DNA of 64,000 bases, from positions 48,794,001 through 48,858,000 of the forward strand of contig OX597828.1 in NCBI GenBank assembly GCA_951406725.2, written 5' to 3'. The notes beneath the pieces are model-generated. The model was not told where the DNA came from, made no database searches, and worked only from the letters and a program-made list of their open reading frames with translations. This document shows positions 38,344-52,717 of the stretch, piece after piece (the first letter of the stretch is position 1; every line of letters starts with the position of its first letter). The stretch comes from Octopus vulgaris (Eukaryota). A program made the position numbers and the translations under genes.

Positions 38344-39896
38344 CTAGCAGTATCGCCCGGCGTTGCTCGGGTTGTAAGGGAAATAACTATATAAGCATTT
38401 TTAGAGAGTTATAGCCAAAAAATGCATTAAAAATTGAAAAAAAATTAAGGTAATTTTTTTTTTAAATCGTTGACACGTCGTAGATATTTTTAGAGAGTTA
38501 CTTTCCTTATATAAAAGCGAAAAAAATGCATTAAAATGGAAAAATATGATGGTAAATTTTTTTAAAATCGTAGACTCATCGTAGACGCACGCTAATACCC
38601 AGAAGGGCTCGATATGAATCACGACTATCAGATACCCGCTTTTGGTTAAACTGCACCGCAAAATGTGGGAGTAGTTAGGAATCTAAATCGTAGGAGACAG
38701 ACACACAACTTCACTCTTATATAAAGATGCTTTTTTTTTTCAGTCATAGAGTTAGATTTATGAAGGTCTTCAGTAGAAAATCCTTCGAATTCTGACTCGC
38801 TGCTTGATATAATGAAATTCGTATCCATTTTTTGTCAGAATTAAAAATTTTGAAAACACAATAGGAACAAATTTCGGAAAAAAATCTCCCATAATTCACG
38901 GAATTAAAATTACACTTCGATTTTTGTACAAAACTGTAGTTGAAGTGTTTACGAAGTATAATACGTGTTTTCACGAATGTACTAAAGAGATTTGCTCTGA
39001 TATTCACATTTAAATATGAATAGGTAAATTCGGGCGGCTTGGTAACTATATATAAGTGTCGTCTGTTTATACATAAACACTGTTTCATACTGCAATTATA
39101 TATACATATATCTATATATAATATTATATAATAAAATATATACAGAGTAAAATAAAAACCAATTTACCTTTTCTGTCCTCCGTGTGTCTTTGCAAATGTG
39201 TTGGAATGATAAGTGAGTTGTGTTTTTGCGCCTTTTTTACTAATAACAAACACACACGTGTTTGTATGTAGTTGTATGTGTATGTAGTTGTATGTAGTTG
39301 TATATGTATGTGTATGCGTGTGTGTGAGGAATGACACACACACACTCACACACGCACACATGTACATCAATGCTTTCGGAGTGATATGTTAAAATATTGA
39401 GTTTTCTCGAATTTTGTCTTAATTGGGGGTGAAATTGAAAGAAATATATTATGGCATGAGCGAATGGAGTACTTTGAAAAATCTTAGGTAAATTCTAATT
39501 GAAGAAGTTGTGTGAGGATTAAATGGTTATGTATTTATTTGTTTCTGTTTGCTGTGTTTTTTTATTTTTTGAGTAGTGGTTTAAATACTTTCAGTTTAGT
39601 CTTCCTCAAATCACTCTGTCGCTATTTACTTTCATTTTATTCGTTGCCCAATGTGTGTGTGCGTTTGCGTGTGGTGTAAACCAGACTAAGAAAAGCATTT
39701 GACACACACACCAGAATGTGAGTTTTCTGTAAATTTTGCTTAATTGGAGTTTAAATTTTAAAAACTGGACCTGGCATGACGCGATGCATTGTACTCTTAA
39801 AAATGCCAGGTAAATTGTAATTGAGGAAATCCTATATTGTAGATTTGTATAACTCCCAAAGGGAGGCAGATAAAATCTGCCTTTTATAATAAGAGA
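38344..39896 (-). mobile_element. Helitron HB, copy 2 (1553 bp), head-to-tail with copy 1
   Basis: Same termini as copy 1; 12-bp TA-rich spacer between the copies. Confidence 0.85.
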
Positions 39897-39927
39897 TATA
39901 TATGTATGCATGTGTGTATATCTATGA

Positions 39928-39995
<68 letters not shown>

Positions 39996-40178
39996 ACATA
40001 TGTATGTATGTACGTATGCATGTGTATGCCCATAGATACATACATGCATACACGTCAAGCCAAAAATTATATCAATACGCGTAAAACCTATGAAGGCATG
40101 TATGTATATATATGTCAAGCAGCTATATATGTCATGTGAGGCAACTCTATTTATGTATGTATACACACACACACACAC

Positions 40179-40224
<46 letters not shown>

Positions 40225-40731
40225 TCATACACACATATATGTGTGTCAGGCCATATACTATGTGTGTACAACACGTTATTGACATTCCTAGAAGCACGTG
40301 TGGATATCTCGCCGTCAATGTTTATCTTAGTGACATGAGTGTGTGTATGTGTGTGTGTGTGTGTGTGTGCGTGTGTGTATGTGTGTGCGTGTGTTTATGC
40401 CTGTTATCTATAAATGTATTCTATGCGTATTAAGGATTTTTATTCATGTGTGTATGTATGTACTTGTTCGCACGTATGTGTGTGTGTGTGTGTGTGTGTG
40501 TGTTCTTGTGTATGTGTGAGTGAAAGCTTGCGTGTGTACGTATGAGTGCGTGTGTGCGTGAGAGAGATGATATTTGGTTGATAACTGATTAAGGATGGAG
40601 CTAGTCCACGTCCATTGTGTGTGTGTGTGTGTGTGTTATTTTTCCTGTTATTTTCCTGTTTTTCCGTATGTTACTTCGTCGTCCCCATGAATCGTATTTA
40701 TATTAATACACACCACTTACACACACATATA

Positions 40732-40828
<97 letters not shown>

Positions 40829-40859
40829 GGGGTTATACGCATTTATATATGTATGTATG

Positions 40860-40929
<70 letters not shown>

Positions 40930-41252
40930 TATAAATATATGTATGTGTGTGTATATGTAAATGTATTTATATATATATAATGTGTGTGTTGGTAACGTTT
41001 CGCAAAAATATGTTTGTAATATCCGTTATTAACCTGAAAAACAACATTTGTACAGAAATTCCCATAACGTAGCAGGAAGTAGTTGAAGCCGAAAATATCC
41101 GGGTTGGGTGTTATCCTGTGACGGAGGAGTCACCCAAGGGACAGATGGTGGCGCAAAACAGAGTGATTGATTAAGTTATACCACCCCAAACCAGGAGCGG
41201 TTCCTGAGCTTATAAACCCCACTGAATTTCACAAGGCTGTGTTAGATATGTG

Positions 41253-41720
41253 AAAGCGCGTGGCCTAGCGGTTAAGGGTGTTGCACTCACGATCTTGTGG
41301 AGGCACATGGCCTAGTGGTTAAAGCAGCGGACTCGCGGTCGAGGGATCACGGGTTCGAATCTCAGACTGGGCGATGTGTGTGTTTAAGAGCGAAACAGCT
41401 AAGCTCCACGCGTCTCCGGCAGAAGGTAATGGCGAACTTCTGCCGACTCTTTCGCCACAACTTTCTCTTACTCTTACCTCCTGCATCTTGCAGCTCACCT
41501 GCGACGGACCGGCGTTCCGTCCAGGTGGGGAACCTATACGCCAAGGAAACCGGGAAACCGGCCCTTATGAGCCAGGCATGGCCCGAGAAGGAACAAGCAA
41601 TTCACGATCTTGCGATCGTGGCTTGGATTCCCAGACTAACGATGCGCCGTGTTCTTGAGCAAAACACTTCATTTACAGTCCATGCAGTTGTGAGAAACCG
41701 CGTGACCCTGTGTCGGACTG
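41253..41720 (+). mobile_element. S3-like SINE containing a nested tRNA-SINE (41298-41601) with an 11-bp TSD
   Basis: tcacgatcttg duplicated at 41287-41297 and 41602-41612; the insert has its own A box tggcctagtgg and B box ggttcgaatc. Confidence 0.85.
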
Positions 41721-42117
41721 GTGTCCCATTCCAGGGGCGTGTTGTGAATTTTCGGTCAGTTACATGTCATAGGCCTTCTCGCTCTAACTGATGAGGTGAA
41801 GACAATTGAATGTAACGAAACGCATTGTGACCAGCGGTGTATAACAATATCCGATAGTCAGATCGATACAGAAATACAGCAACGATAAAATATATTTGGT
41901 GAAAACGTAGTGCAGTGTAATCGAACACGAAACCACGTTGTTTCGAAGCGAATATCTTACCCACACAGCCATGAAACGATTTTACCTTTCATCTTATCTG
42001 TTCCTGTTTGTTTCTGTTTGTTGTAGTTTGGGCCTTTAAGGTAGAATTTCAATCGGCACATTTTGTTTGGAGGGGGACGAAAGAAGGAAGGGGCCATGAA
42101 TATTAGAAATGGGTTTA

Positions 42118-42550
42118 AGGCAGCGAGCTGGCAGAATTGTTAGCACGCCGGGCGAAATGCTTAGCGATATTTCGTCTGCCGCTACGTTGTGAGTTCAAAT
42201 TCCGCCGAGGTCGACTTTGCCTTTCATCCTTTCAGGGTCGATGAATTAAGTACCAGTTACGCACTGGGGTCGATGTAATCGACTTAATCCGTTTGTCTGT
42301 CCTTGTTTGTCCCCTCTATGTTTAGCTCCTTGTGGTCAATAAAGAAATAAGAATCGTTAGCACGCCGGGCGAAATGTTTAGTGGTATTTCGTCTGTCTTT
42401 ATGTTCTGAGTTCAAATTCCGCCGAGGTTGACTTTGCCTTTCAACCTTTCGGGGTCGATAAATTAAGTACCAGTTGCGTACTGGGGTCGATCTAATCGAC
42501 TGACTCCCTCCCACAAAATTTCGGGCCTTGTGCCTAGAGTAGAAAAGAAT
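42118..42550 (+). mobile_element. SINE family S2, dimeric
   Basis: Two cores with different tails. Confidence 0.9.
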
Positions 42551-42939
42551 ATCTGTAGTGGTCGTTGTTTGTGTCACTATCGTCGTTATGTTCCGATCAA
42601 CCGTTTTGAATTATACTAAGGATCAATGACATCCCAGCTGTAACTGATTTTTTTCCTTTTCTTTTTTATTCTTTTTACTTTTCTATTGACAATTTACAAT
42701 TTAACATATTACGTTAGGTTCTATTTAAGGAATGTTTGGATACTATTTCTAACAGGTCGAGTGAGCGTATAAATTAGTTGAGATTATAAATTAAGAAACT
42801 TTCGTAGTTTCGAACCTGCAAGAACCGTTTCGACAAATTTATCCTTCAACAACACTTTTAATTCTATAAACTTTCAAATGATTCTAACCAAGATTCAACT
42901 GGTTATGTCATAAAAGATGAGTAATATTTGTCATCGTTA

Positions 42940-43340
42940 AGGCGGCGAGCTGGCAGAAACGTTAGCACGCCGGGCGAAATGTGTAGCCGTATTTCGTCTG
43001 CCGTTACGTTCTGAGTTCAAATTCCGCCGAGGTCGACTTTGCCTTTCATCCTTTTGGGGTCGATAAATTAAGTACCATTTACGCACTGGGGTCGATGTAA
43101 TCGACTTAATCCGTTTGTCTGTCCTTGTTTGTCCCCTCTATGTTTAGCCCCTTATGGGTAATAAAGAAATAGGTATTTTGTCTGCCGCTACGTTCTGAGT
43201 TCAAATTCCGCCGAGGTCGACTTTGCCTTTCACCCTTTCGGGGTTGATAAATTAAATTCCAGTTACGTACAGTGATCGATATAATCGACTGGACCCCTCC
43301 ACAAAAATTTCGGGCCTTGTGCCTAGAGCAGAAAAGAATA
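42940..43340 (+). mobile_element. SINE family S2, dimeric
   Basis: Two cores with different tails. Confidence 0.9.
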
Positions 43341-43685
43341 TCTGTCATCGTTTTTTTAAAGGTATTGCTTCTCAATCGGGGTTAATCTAACCCTTAGAGG
43401 GCCATATAAAATTTGTTTTGTTAAAATTTACATGTCATAAGTTGATTATACTTCAATACAAGAAATATTTTATTTTTTTAATATGATTCCTAATAATATT
43501 ACAAAAATATTAATATTACAAAAATAAAAATTTTATAAAAATAAAAATCTAGGCGCAGGCGTGGCTGTGTGGTAAGAAGCTCGCTTCACAACCACACACC
43601 TTGTTCCGGGTTCTCACTTTGGGCAAATATGTTCTATTATGGTCTCGGGCAGGCAGACAGACAGACAGACAGACAGACAGACAGG

Positions 43686-43793
<108 letters not shown>

Positions 43794-43798
43794 TAGGC

Positions 43799-43941
<143 letters not shown>

Positions 43942-43947
43942 GAGATT

Positions 43948-44024
<77 letters not shown>

Positions 44025-44279
44025 GAAAAAAGCGAGGTTGATAGTAAAAAACAGAAAGTGGACCAAATTTCGAAAGAAAGAAAAAATACAGAAAGCCAAG
44101 AAAGAAGAAATAAATGAAAGAAAGAATAAGAAGGATGATGATATCGGGAAATAAAACTGATAGAGTTTATATCTATATCTATATATATATATATGGATTA
44201 AACGAGAAAGAAAGTGAAAGTAAGGCAATAGCAAACCGTGACAACGTGAGTTTAATGGAGTGAGAATGAACGATACATG

Positions 44280-44915
44280 TATGTGTGATAAGAAGCTTGC
44301 TTCCCAATCACATGGTTCCAGGTTCAGTCCCACTACGTGGCACTTTGAGCAAATTTCTTCTACTATCACCTCGGGCCGACCAAAGTCTTGTGAGTAGATT
44401 TTGGTAGATGGAAACTGAAAAAAGCCCGTCGCATATATCTATATATATATATATATATATAAATTTGTGTGTGTGTGTCTTTGTGTTTGTTCTCCCAACA
44501 CCGCTTGACAACCGGTGTTGGTGTGTTTACGTCCCCCTAAACGGTTCGGCCAAAAAAGCCGATAACCTAAATACCGGTCTCTAAATAATAAATCCTGGGG
44601 TCGATTTGTACGACTGAAACACTTCAAAGCGGTGCTCCAGCATGGCCGCAGTCAAATGACTGAAACAAGTAAAAGATAAAAATAAAAAATATGTGTGTGC
44701 ATGTGTGTATGTGCGTGTGTATGCGTATGTATGTGTGTGTGTGTCTTTGAGTCTGTGTTTGTCCCCCACGACCGCTTGACAACCGGTTCGGTAAAACAGA
44801 CCCATAGCATAAGTACCAGGTTTTAAAAATGTAAGCCCTAGGGTTGAATCATTTCACAAAAATTTTGGCCAAGGTAGTACCCCAGCATGGCCGCAGCCAA
44901 ATGACTGAAACATGC

Positions 44916-44955
<40 letters not shown>

Positions 44956-45340
44956 ATATATATATACATGGGCAAAGGCATGGCTGAGCGGTTAAGAAGC
45001 CACGCGGTTTCGTATTCGGATCTGCGTGACGCCTTGAGTAAGTGTCTTCTATAGCGTCGGGCTGACCAACGCTTTGTGAATGAATTTGGTAATTGGAAAC
45101 TGCATGGAATCCCGTCGTACATATGTGTGCCTGTCTGTCTGTGCCTGTGTGTGTGCGTGCATGCGTGTTTGTCTCCACTCCATCAACAGTGTTGATTTGC
45201 TTATGTCTCCGTGACCTAGCGTTTCGGCAAAAGACCGACTGAATAAGTATTAGGCTTAAAAAATAAGTAATGAGGCCGATTTGTTTGAGTAAAAGCCTTT
45301 CACAGCATGGTCACAGTCCGATGACTGACAGAAATAAAAA
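44280..45340 (+). mobile_element. Cluster of S1 SINE copies and tail duplications
   Basis: S1 at 44280-44680, extra tail at 44750-44910, decayed S1 at 44970-45340. Confidence 0.75.
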
Positions 45341-45346
45341 TACAAG

Positions 45347-45418
<72 letters not shown>

Positions 45419-45420
<2 letters not shown>

Positions 45421-45720
45421 CAACAAGGATATCCAGAGTTAATGCAGTACGATCGTTTCACGCAACTCCATTTAATTGAACAATGCAACCATTACATCAA
45501 TTTAAATGCAAAGCAATCCTCAGCTGTACAAAGACATAGAATTTAATTAAATTAAAATAGATGGACACATTACTATTAAATGGAGTTGCGTGAAACGATC
45601 GTACTGCATTACCTCTGGATATCCTTGTTGCTTATTTTGATTCTGATCACCTTATTTTGAAATTGTATGAATAATACCGTACTAAATTCTGGTGCCTCAA
45701 CTTAAGTACCATATTCAACT
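45419..45720. mobile_element. Penelope-like relic with an inverted repeat of about 57 bp and a minus-strand hammerhead (45443-45528), flanked by (TA)n
   Basis: gcaacaaggatatccagagttaatgcagtacgatcgtttcacgcaactccatttaat is inverted at about 45575-45632 with one mismatch; minus strand cag-CTGAGGA-...-GAAA-cgatcg-TA-ctg. Confidence 0.7.
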
Positions 45721-45733
45721 GAATCTAAATGTT

Positions 45734-45791
<58 letters not shown>

Positions 45792-46275
45792 TACAAACAT
45801 ACATTCATACATACAGCCGGGTACGTCTTCCTGAGGAGTGGTAAACAATTCACAAAACGGTCCATCAGTAGAATCAACTACCCCTTTTTTGCCCACGCAT
45901 CCAATAGCATAGAAAGTTGTGATTTACGCTGTTGTGCATTATGTATGTGTATGTGTGTGTGTGCATATTAATATTGCACTCATACATACATACATACATA
46001 CATTCATACATACATACATACATACATTCATACATACATACATACATACATACATACATACATGTAGGTACGAAACTCTCGGTCCTTAGTCACTCTAACT
46101 TCTGTTTTTTATTGATAATACACACACCAAGATAGATAGATAGAGCGAAGAGAAGGGGTATGCATATATATATGTATATACATATACATATATATATGAA
46201 CATTGTATGTATGTTTGCAGGTATATATGTATTTGCATGAATGTATGTATATGATGAGAAAGAAAGAAAGAAGGA

Positions 46276-46347
<72 letters not shown>

Positions 46348-46733
46348 AGAGTAAATGTAGCTAATGAAAGAATGAGCGAATGACTGAATGGAATGAGAGC
46401 GGAAACAATAGAAGTCGGGTGGCAGCAGAAGGTTGAATCAAAAACAAAACGCTTTAATGAACTGACTGCCGAATAAAAATGAATGAACGAACGAACGAAC
46501 GAATAAAAAGAAAGAAAGAAATGGATAGATAACTATTGCTGAAAGAAAAAGTTATAAAAACAAACGAAACAAAATGAGCCCAAAGCAAACAAAAATAATA
46601 ATAATAAACGAACGGGAGCGGGGGGGGGGGGAATCCCGAAGAAAAATATTATGGAAGAAGCAGACGATAACTAAATTACTTAGTCTGGTCGTAAAAATAT
46701 AAATGTAATTTAATGAAAAATTAATGGACTTAC

Positions 46734-46940
46734 CGTGACAAGACACCAAAACAACCAACAGTAGTAGATCCAGCAGTGTGTTGTAAACGAAGCAATAGTT
46801 GTAGTATTTTTTGTTGTATTTATAGTATCGTAGTTATTATTGTCGTTCTTATTATCATTTTTATTATTAATCATTGTACCCGTATTAGTAGAAGTAATAG
46901 TAGTAGTAGTAGTAGTAGTAGTAATAGCACTGGTATACAT
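46734..46940 (-). CDS. Candidate first coding exon (69 codons) of an unidentified host gene, possibly secreted or membrane-bound
   Basis: ATG at 46940; MYTSAITTT...ASFTTHCWIYYCWLFWCLVT ends at a consensus donor ACG|GTAAGT (46733), phase 0; no homology recognised. Confidence 0.35.
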
Positions 46941-47050
46941 TTTTTTCAATTTTTTTTTCTTCAAAAATTAAATTTTTTTAAAAATAACTTTTCCTTGTTT
47001 ATTGTTTACTGTCAACGTGTAGTTACTGTTGTTTGCAGCGCCTAACACCG

Positions 47051-47084
<34 letters not shown>

Positions 47085-47399
47085 CAGTAGTAGTAGTAGT
47101 TGTTGTTGTTGCTACTACTGCTAGTGTTGTTGCTAAAGTTTGTTGATGCTGTTGTCTCTGAAGGGATTAGAAAATACCACCGGCCACTGTAGTATTAGTA
47201 GTAGTAGTAGCAGTAGTTGCAGTAGTTCTTGCGGTTATCGTCGTCGTCGTTGTGGTTGTTGTTGTAGTTGTTGTAAAATGTTTGTGTCTCGCTTGAGTTG
47301 TAAAAAAGTTCTTCTATCTTAGAAGATATATCACCGGTCGTAAATAGTAGTAGCAGTAGTAGTAGCAGCAGTAGTAGTAGTAGTAGTAATAGCAGTAGC

Positions 47400-47436
<37 letters not shown>

Positions 47437-47770
47437 ATGGCGGTGTCGGTGGTGGTTGTCGTCGTTTAAGCGTGTTGCTTTAGTGTGTTTCCATCATCGT
47501 AGCCGTCGTCTGGTTATCGTCGTCGGATATGACCATCATCAGAATTGCAATAACAACAATGATAATTGCGATAATACTGTTCTCGTTATTACAGTCGTCA
47601 TTGTTGGCTGCTGTTGGTTAAATGTTGTCGTTTGTAAAAATTTCTGCTTCTGTCTTTTTCAACGAAAGCAACAACACCGGTCGTCGTTGTAGTACTTAAT
47701 AGTAATAGAAAAATATATAAACAGTAGTTTACAGTAGTAATAGCCGCAACAACAACAACTAATAATAATG

Positions 47771-47809
<39 letters not shown>

Positions 47810-47899
47810 GCAAGAGTAATAATTATAGTAGTAGTAGTATTAATAGTAGCTGTGACGGTTGTTGTTGTTGTTGTTGTGGTCGTCGTGGTCCGTAAAATC

Positions 47900-48394
47900 T
47901 TCCTTCTTTCCTTTCTCACTGACACAAACGGTCTGAAGACTGTTTCAAGCGCTGCTCAAGTTTATGTTGTCGTTAGAGGAGGATGGTAGGGTTGGGTTGG
48001 CGGGTGGGGAGTAGTAGAAGGAGGGTGGGGAGTAGTAGAAGGAGGGTGAGGGTGAGGGAGAAGGAGAGGGAGAGGGCGGGAGAATTAGAGAGGTAGGGAG
48101 AGATATAGAGAGAGGGGTATGGGGAGAGAGAGAGATAGAGAGAGGTAAAACGATAGAAAGATAGAGAGATAGAGAAAGACTGATAGAGAGGGGTATAGGG
48201 CGAGAGAGAGAGAGAGAGAGACACACAGACAGGCAAACAAAAAAAGAGAGGGGGATAGAGACAGAGAGAGACAAAGAGAAAGAAAAAAAATGAGCGAAAG
48301 TGAAAAAGAAGCGAGAAAGAGGAACAAAAAGGAAGGGCGAGAGAAAATGAGGGAGAGAAGAAAGGCGGGCGGGAGAGGGGAGAGAAGAGGAGAC

Positions 48395-48437
<43 letters not shown>

Positions 48438-48500
48438 AAGAAAAAAGTGAATGAGAAGGAGAAAAGTAAAGAGGAAGAAGAAAAAAAACTGGCAGTGAAT
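47900..48500 (-). promoter_or_regulatory. Candidate promoter for the 46.9-kb exon: Inr-like TCAGT near 47920, upstream G4-prone and GAGA-rich block
   Basis: SINE-free stretch of about 46.2-51 kb; TCAGT on minus strand; G-runs at 47988-48080; long (GA)n-rich tract. Confidence 0.25.
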
Positions 48501-48575
48501 GGTTGGGGTGGTTACGGGGTATGTGTGTAAGAGGGTGGGTAAAGATCCTCTGATATTTGGGTAGGTGGGGTGGTT

Positions 48576-48611
<36 letters not shown>

Positions 48612-48755
48612 AAGCTTGGCTGGCGGTCTGACTGACTGACTGACTGGCTGGCTGGTTGGCAAGCTGGTTGGTTGGTGAGTTATGGAATGAGGTGGAATGT
48701 CCGTTAATAGCGGACAGATGTGGGGGCGGGGGCGTGTTGTGTATGGATGGATATT

Positions 48756-48800
<45 letters not shown>

Positions 48801-49199
48801 GTGTATGTATGTATGTATGTATGTATGTGTGAGGGTTTGAACGGTAGCAGTGATGGAGATGATGGGTGTCGGTATTAGTGGTGGTAATGATGATGATGAT
48901 GATGATAATAAAGTGGGGATGGTGATGGAAGAGGAGGAGGAGGCGGCGGCGGCGGCGGCGGTGGTAGTGGTGGTGGTGGTGGTAACAACAAAAGTGATTG
49001 TGACAAAATACCGCTGTGGGAGTTTAAAAATTCTAGTGTCTATATATATACATATATATATTAAGGTATGTAGAAAAATACAACATGGACAAGAACGTAT
49101 AACTCTTAGAAGACGACACAATAAACACGGACAGGACATTCGAAACCCTCAGTCTTCATCAAGAACCGGATCATCGTAGTATTTCGTGTGTGTTACTAG

Positions 49200-49257
<58 letters not shown>

Positions 49258-49343
49258 ATGTGAGCGTGTATGTATGTGTGGATGTGGAAGAATGTATGAG
49301 TATATATATGTATTTTGTGTACAATGTATGCAAAACCTATGAG

Positions 49344-49475
<132 letters not shown>

Positions 49476-49871
49476 GGAGGGGAAAAACTGGGGTACAGAG
49501 AGAAAAATTCATGGGCGAGAGACAATTCGGGGAAATACGGAAAAAAAATAAAACAAGAAAAAATGAAAGTGAGAAGAACCGAAAGAAAAGGAAGAATTGT
49601 GTTTAAAGGAGAATAGAGAGGGGGTAAATAGAGGAAGTAATAGAATGACAGATGGGGGGAGGAGTGAGAAACGAGAGCGAATATCCTGAAGAGAAATATA
49701 AAGAAAGGGAAAGAAAGAGGATGAGAGAGAGAGAGAGAGGAGTATAATGAGGGAGAAAGAGGAGAGAAGAAATGAGAAAGAGAGAAAGATTGAGGGAGGC
49801 GGAGGACGAGAAAATGTAAGAGTAAAAGGAGGAGAGTGGGTATGTGTATGTTCGCGTGCGCACGTTTGTGC

Positions 49872-49914
<43 letters not shown>

Positions 49915-50453
49915 TGTGTGTGTGTGTGTGTACGACACCCGGTAGTCAAGGCGAAGCTATTGAATGGAGAAATGTTCTAACGTCGTAAGAATAAACTTGT
50001 AGTAACACGGTCGTGTACAAGTGTGTAGAAGTGTGACTATGCATACATACATACAGGCATATACATACATACATACACATATATATATATACATAAATTT
50101 GTAGGTGTGTGTGTGTGTGTGTATGTAATATGCTATCTAGGTGTCTGTATACATAAATACAAACACGCAAATATATGTTAGAGACATAGAAAGAGATGTC
50201 CGGAAATATATAAGAAAATAGGTTTGTATAAGACTTTATACATACATATACGCGCGCTTTTCGCACACACTTCCAAACACACATATACGTACATACATAC
50301 AATTATTTACACAAGCATATACATATATCACACACGCGCACTTGTGTGTATGAGTGTGTTTGTGTGTGTGTGTATATACATATATACATGTGTATGTAGA
50401 GGATAAGATATTGATCTTAATATATGTAGACAGACAGACAGATATATAGATAG

Positions 50454-50532
<79 letters not shown>

Positions 50533-50547
50533 TATATATATATATAT

Positions 50548-50640
<93 letters not shown>

Positions 50641-50856
50641 GACAGATAGATAGATACGTTTCTTTATTGGCCACACAGGGCTGCACACAGATGGGACAAG
50701 TTACAAGGTAGAGCTTTTCTTTTGGGGGATGAAGAGAACAAAAAGCAAAAGAAAAAAAAAGGGGTGGCGTAGGTTTTCGATCAAGAGGGATCGTAAAAGG
50801 GAAGAAAAGAACAAAAACAAAAAAAAATTGAATAAAATAAAATAGATAGATAGATG

Positions 50857-50933
<77 letters not shown>

Positions 50934-51488
50934 AGTAGAATTTTATGAGAATATACAGATAAGCATATAGAGGGATAAATACACGCATGTGGTGTATACG
51001 CGTCACTGGTTGTATGTTGCTCGTATGTGATTATGTTCTTGCATGGATATATGCGTGTTTATGCGCATGTGCATGTGAGTATCTGTGTATATGTGTGCAT
51101 GTGTGTGTATGCGTGTGTGTCAGCCGACCGGGGTACGTACGTACGTCTAGCATGGAAAGGCGGGAAAAGCAGAAATAAGTGATGGAATGAGAGACGATAG
51201 TGATGACAGAACAAAATGGAAAACAGCGTGTGTGTTTGTGTGTTTGTGAGCGCGCGCGCGCGCGTGTATGTGTGTGTGTGAGTGTGTGCGTGTGTGTATG
51301 TGTACATGCACGTGTGCGCGTATGTGTGTGCACCTGTGTGTGTGTATGTGTTTTATGTCTGTGTGTGGCGTCCATAAGTCACCCACTCCGTCTCTCTGTA
51401 TACCAAACACACTTGTATTTACATAATATCAGCACATGTATAAGGTTTACTCTTGTCGACATGTTGGCACTTTTATTATTCACCCCCC

Positions 51489-51528
<40 letters not shown>

Positions 51529-52682
51529 TTATATCTCCCTCTCTTTTCGAAACTGGTGAGTGACAAGGCTGGCAGAAATGGTAGAGTTACGTCCCTTTAC
51601 GTTTTGAGTTCAAATGTATTTCGTGAGTGGACTAGAACTGATTTTGTAGCCAAACATCAATCAGTTATTGACTGCAGCTGATATAATCGATGAAAATTCA
51701 TAGATGACAATTAAGTAAAGAAATATATTTGCCGCACGAATCGTCATGAAGTAAAAACAACTTTTCAGATATTTGTATCTCATCACAAAGGAAGAGTGTC
51801 GCAAACTGATATCACGATGGTAAGAAAACAGATAATCAACTGAGGTATCAAACTTAACAGGGTTTCTTTTTGAAGAAGTACAAATGACCGAAACGTTGTG
51901 TCATTACATTTCGAATGCAAACTAACTCAACATAATTTATTTCCTACGAGAGAAAAATGCCTGAAAATAGTTGAAGGGTGAACCACATTTCTCTTGTTTT
52001 TTCTCATGTTCTCATGTTCTATAGTCTTCTTTTTGAACTTGTATAGGCCATGTGCTCAGAGCCTGAAGTTTACTTGGAGACACTAGGAATGTTATTAAAA
52101 CATATCTAGAAAACATCTCCATTCTAGTAACCTCATAACTATATGCCGTGTACGTTAAACAATATTTATCTCTCACGGGATGAGTTACTTTTTGTTGATC
52201 TGAACTTGACGGAAAAGTAAACGACACACACACATACACACACACATCCATTTCTGATTCAAACAATTAGGTTTTTTTTCGACACAATTCATGTAACAAG
52301 GTATCGTTCATCAGAGATTGCAAAAATTGCTGAAATAGATCTATTGACAAATATACGAGTGCCTGTTTTTTTTTCCTGATCTACGGATTTTTAGGCGACC
52401 TTACATACATATATACACACACACACATACAGATACATATATACACACACACATACAGATACATATATACACACGCATACATGTATGCAAACACAAACAC
52501 ACATAAAAATATGATTTGTGATTAAAGGCTGTACACGCCATCTTCTTGTTTCACAAATGTTCATATGAATTCTGTGTACACATGCATATGCAGTAAAAGG
52601 AGTATTTCTACTGTAATATGGCATATGATAGCCGATAATGGAAAAGGAGCTATGAATTGTACGTTATGAGTTTATTATTCAG

Positions 52683-52717
<35 letters not shown>

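Noticed and set aside
41787-41830. ctgatgag...cgaaacgcat hammerhead-like motif
   Set aside because: Stems I and II do not pair convincingly
45831-45865. ctgagga-gtg..cac-aaaa-cggtc hammerhead-like motif; similar weak motifs at about 30841, 51870 and 52275-52315
   Set aside because: Core substitutions or no stem I; at best decayed relics
47973-49139. 388-aa minus-strand ORF
   Set aside because: Concatenated simple repeats
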